Source of the DNA: Sphyrna mokarran
Taxonomy: Eukaryota
NCBI GenBank assembly: GCA_024679065.1
Contig: JAGIQG010000006.1
Span: 8,432,001 to 8,496,000, forward strand
Direction: 5' to 3'
Length of the DNA: 64,000 bases
The position numbers and the translations under genes are program-made. The notes under the pieces were generated by a model, which saw nothing but the letters and a program-made list of their open reading frames with translations, was not told the DNA's origin and did not search any database. Positions 62,494-64,000 of the stretch are shown piece after piece (the stretch's first letter is position 1; each line of letters begins with the position of its first letter).

Positions 62494-64000
62494 GCTGATA
62501 AAGACAAGTATACCAATGCCTTCTGAACCACTTTATCTATGTGTCTTGCTATCTAAGAGACAAGTGTACATGGACACCAAGCTCCCTCTATGCTTCTCTG
62601 AGTCCTGCCGTTTGTCATGTTTTCCTTGTCTTATTTGTTCTGCCTAAGCGTATTTACATTTATCCAGATTGAGTTCCATTTGCCACTGACCAGACTGTCT
62701 ACTTCCTCCTGTAATCTAAGGCTATCCTCTTCACTGTTTACCACCAGGTTTCCTGGTGTTATTTTCACCTTTCTCAGGAATCAACGTAAGACAACAAATT
62801 GGCCAAATGTTGGATTTTTTCTCACTTTTTTTCTGCATCTTGACTTCTAAATCTTCCATCTCTGAGTCCATCCCTTTGATCCTTGGTACGAATTGTATTA
62901 ACTAATTTCTAGCAGGGACTGTGAGAGAAAGGGATGACTACAACCAGGACAATTGAAGCAAACTAACTCAACTTTCAATGTGGCAATCCTGAGCTGCAGA
63001 TATACTCATAGTGTTGTGTTGGAGTTTCCAGGATTTTGATCCAGTGACAGTGAAGGAGGTGCAATACAGTTCCAAATCAGAATGGTGAGTGACTTTAAAG
63101 GGAATCTGCAGGTGGTGGTGTCCCCAGGTATCTGCTGCCTTTGACCCTTTTGATGGTAGAAGTCACAAGTTTGGAAGATACTACCTAAGGAACCTTGGTG
63201 AGTTGTTGAGGTGTCTCTTCTCCAATTTTGACTTTTTGAACATCCTGATTTGAATTGTTCAACCGGCTGTGCCTATGACCAACTGGGCTCTAAGTTCTGA
63301 ATTCCCTGTCTCGGCCTCACTTTGCTCCTTAAAGACACTCCTTAAAAGCTTTCTTTTTCACCAAGCTTTTGGTCATATGACCTAATATCACGTCTCAGTT
63401 CTAACTTAGCTCATAATGCTTATGCGAGGTGTTGGGGAAGTGGAGGGTGTTACCTCAAGTTAACAGTGTTATATAAATACAACTTGGTGCCTATGGCAAT
63501 TCCCTCCAGTTGGTCCATTCTGCCTCACGTTAACACCATTGGTTACCTGTCTCACTGCCGCCTGCCTTGCCAATCGGAGAGTAACCTGATTGCAATCTGT
63601 CACTGAATGGATGAATTTTGACTGTGAAACACCTTTCTACACTCTCCCTATCCCCATCTCCAAACATTTTGAGCTAATTATGGAAAATACTTCAAGAAAA
63701 TGAAGAGGTTGTTTTTTTCTTACAATACTTTTTCTCCTGGAGATTAACCATCAATTTCTTGAGATTAAGAGCTGACAAGCTCCCTGAAAGCAAATTCTCA
63801 CTGGGTGTTTGGACAATCCTGGACTGGACAGTGTGCCATTCTGTCACAATCCAACTGACTGGTCTGCCCACACATTCAAGTTTCGAGTGCAGCTTTGTAA
63901 CACCTTCAGATTAAAGCTGTGTACTTTTTGGGACAGTGTGTTGTAAGGGACCATGTGCTGTTTGGGACTGTGTGCTTTATGGGATTGTATAGTGTACGGG

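Noticed and set aside
1-64000. CRISPR array, retron or other prokaryotic system
   Set aside because: No regularly spaced repeat-spacer array or operon structure; all RT and nuclease motifs belong to eukaryotic retroelements.

Overview
Eukaryotic, repeat-dense vertebrate DNA. The repeat complement (HE1/V-SINE-like and Deu/SacSINE1-like SINEs, HER1-type CR1 LINEs, Penelope-like elements) points to a cartilaginous fish, probably a shark; this is an inference. The only host gene I can support is a spliced minus-strand Ig-superfamily receptor: a V-set exon at 7034-7399 and a C2-set+TM exon at 2712-3086. It resembles Siglec-15 but has His in place of the sialic-acid-binding Arg, an Arg in the TM helix, and apparently a very short tail. 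There is also a CpG-decayed histone H4 pseudogene (57868-58162, minus) whose 3' stem-loop is fused to a 5'-truncated CR1. The rest is nested mobile DNA: several CR1 families (one near-intact RT), two decayed Ty3/Gypsy pol remnants, Penelope-like elements (GIY-YIG ORFs, inverted termini, 8-19 bp TSDs, about 9 minimal hammerhead-ribozyme motifs), TIR elements/MITEs, Rex/Babar and L2 remnants, and a ~300 bp inverted duplication. There is one 451-N gap. I found no prokaryote-type system (CRISPR, operon, rRNA). All family assignments are by eye from remembered motifs; no database search was run.
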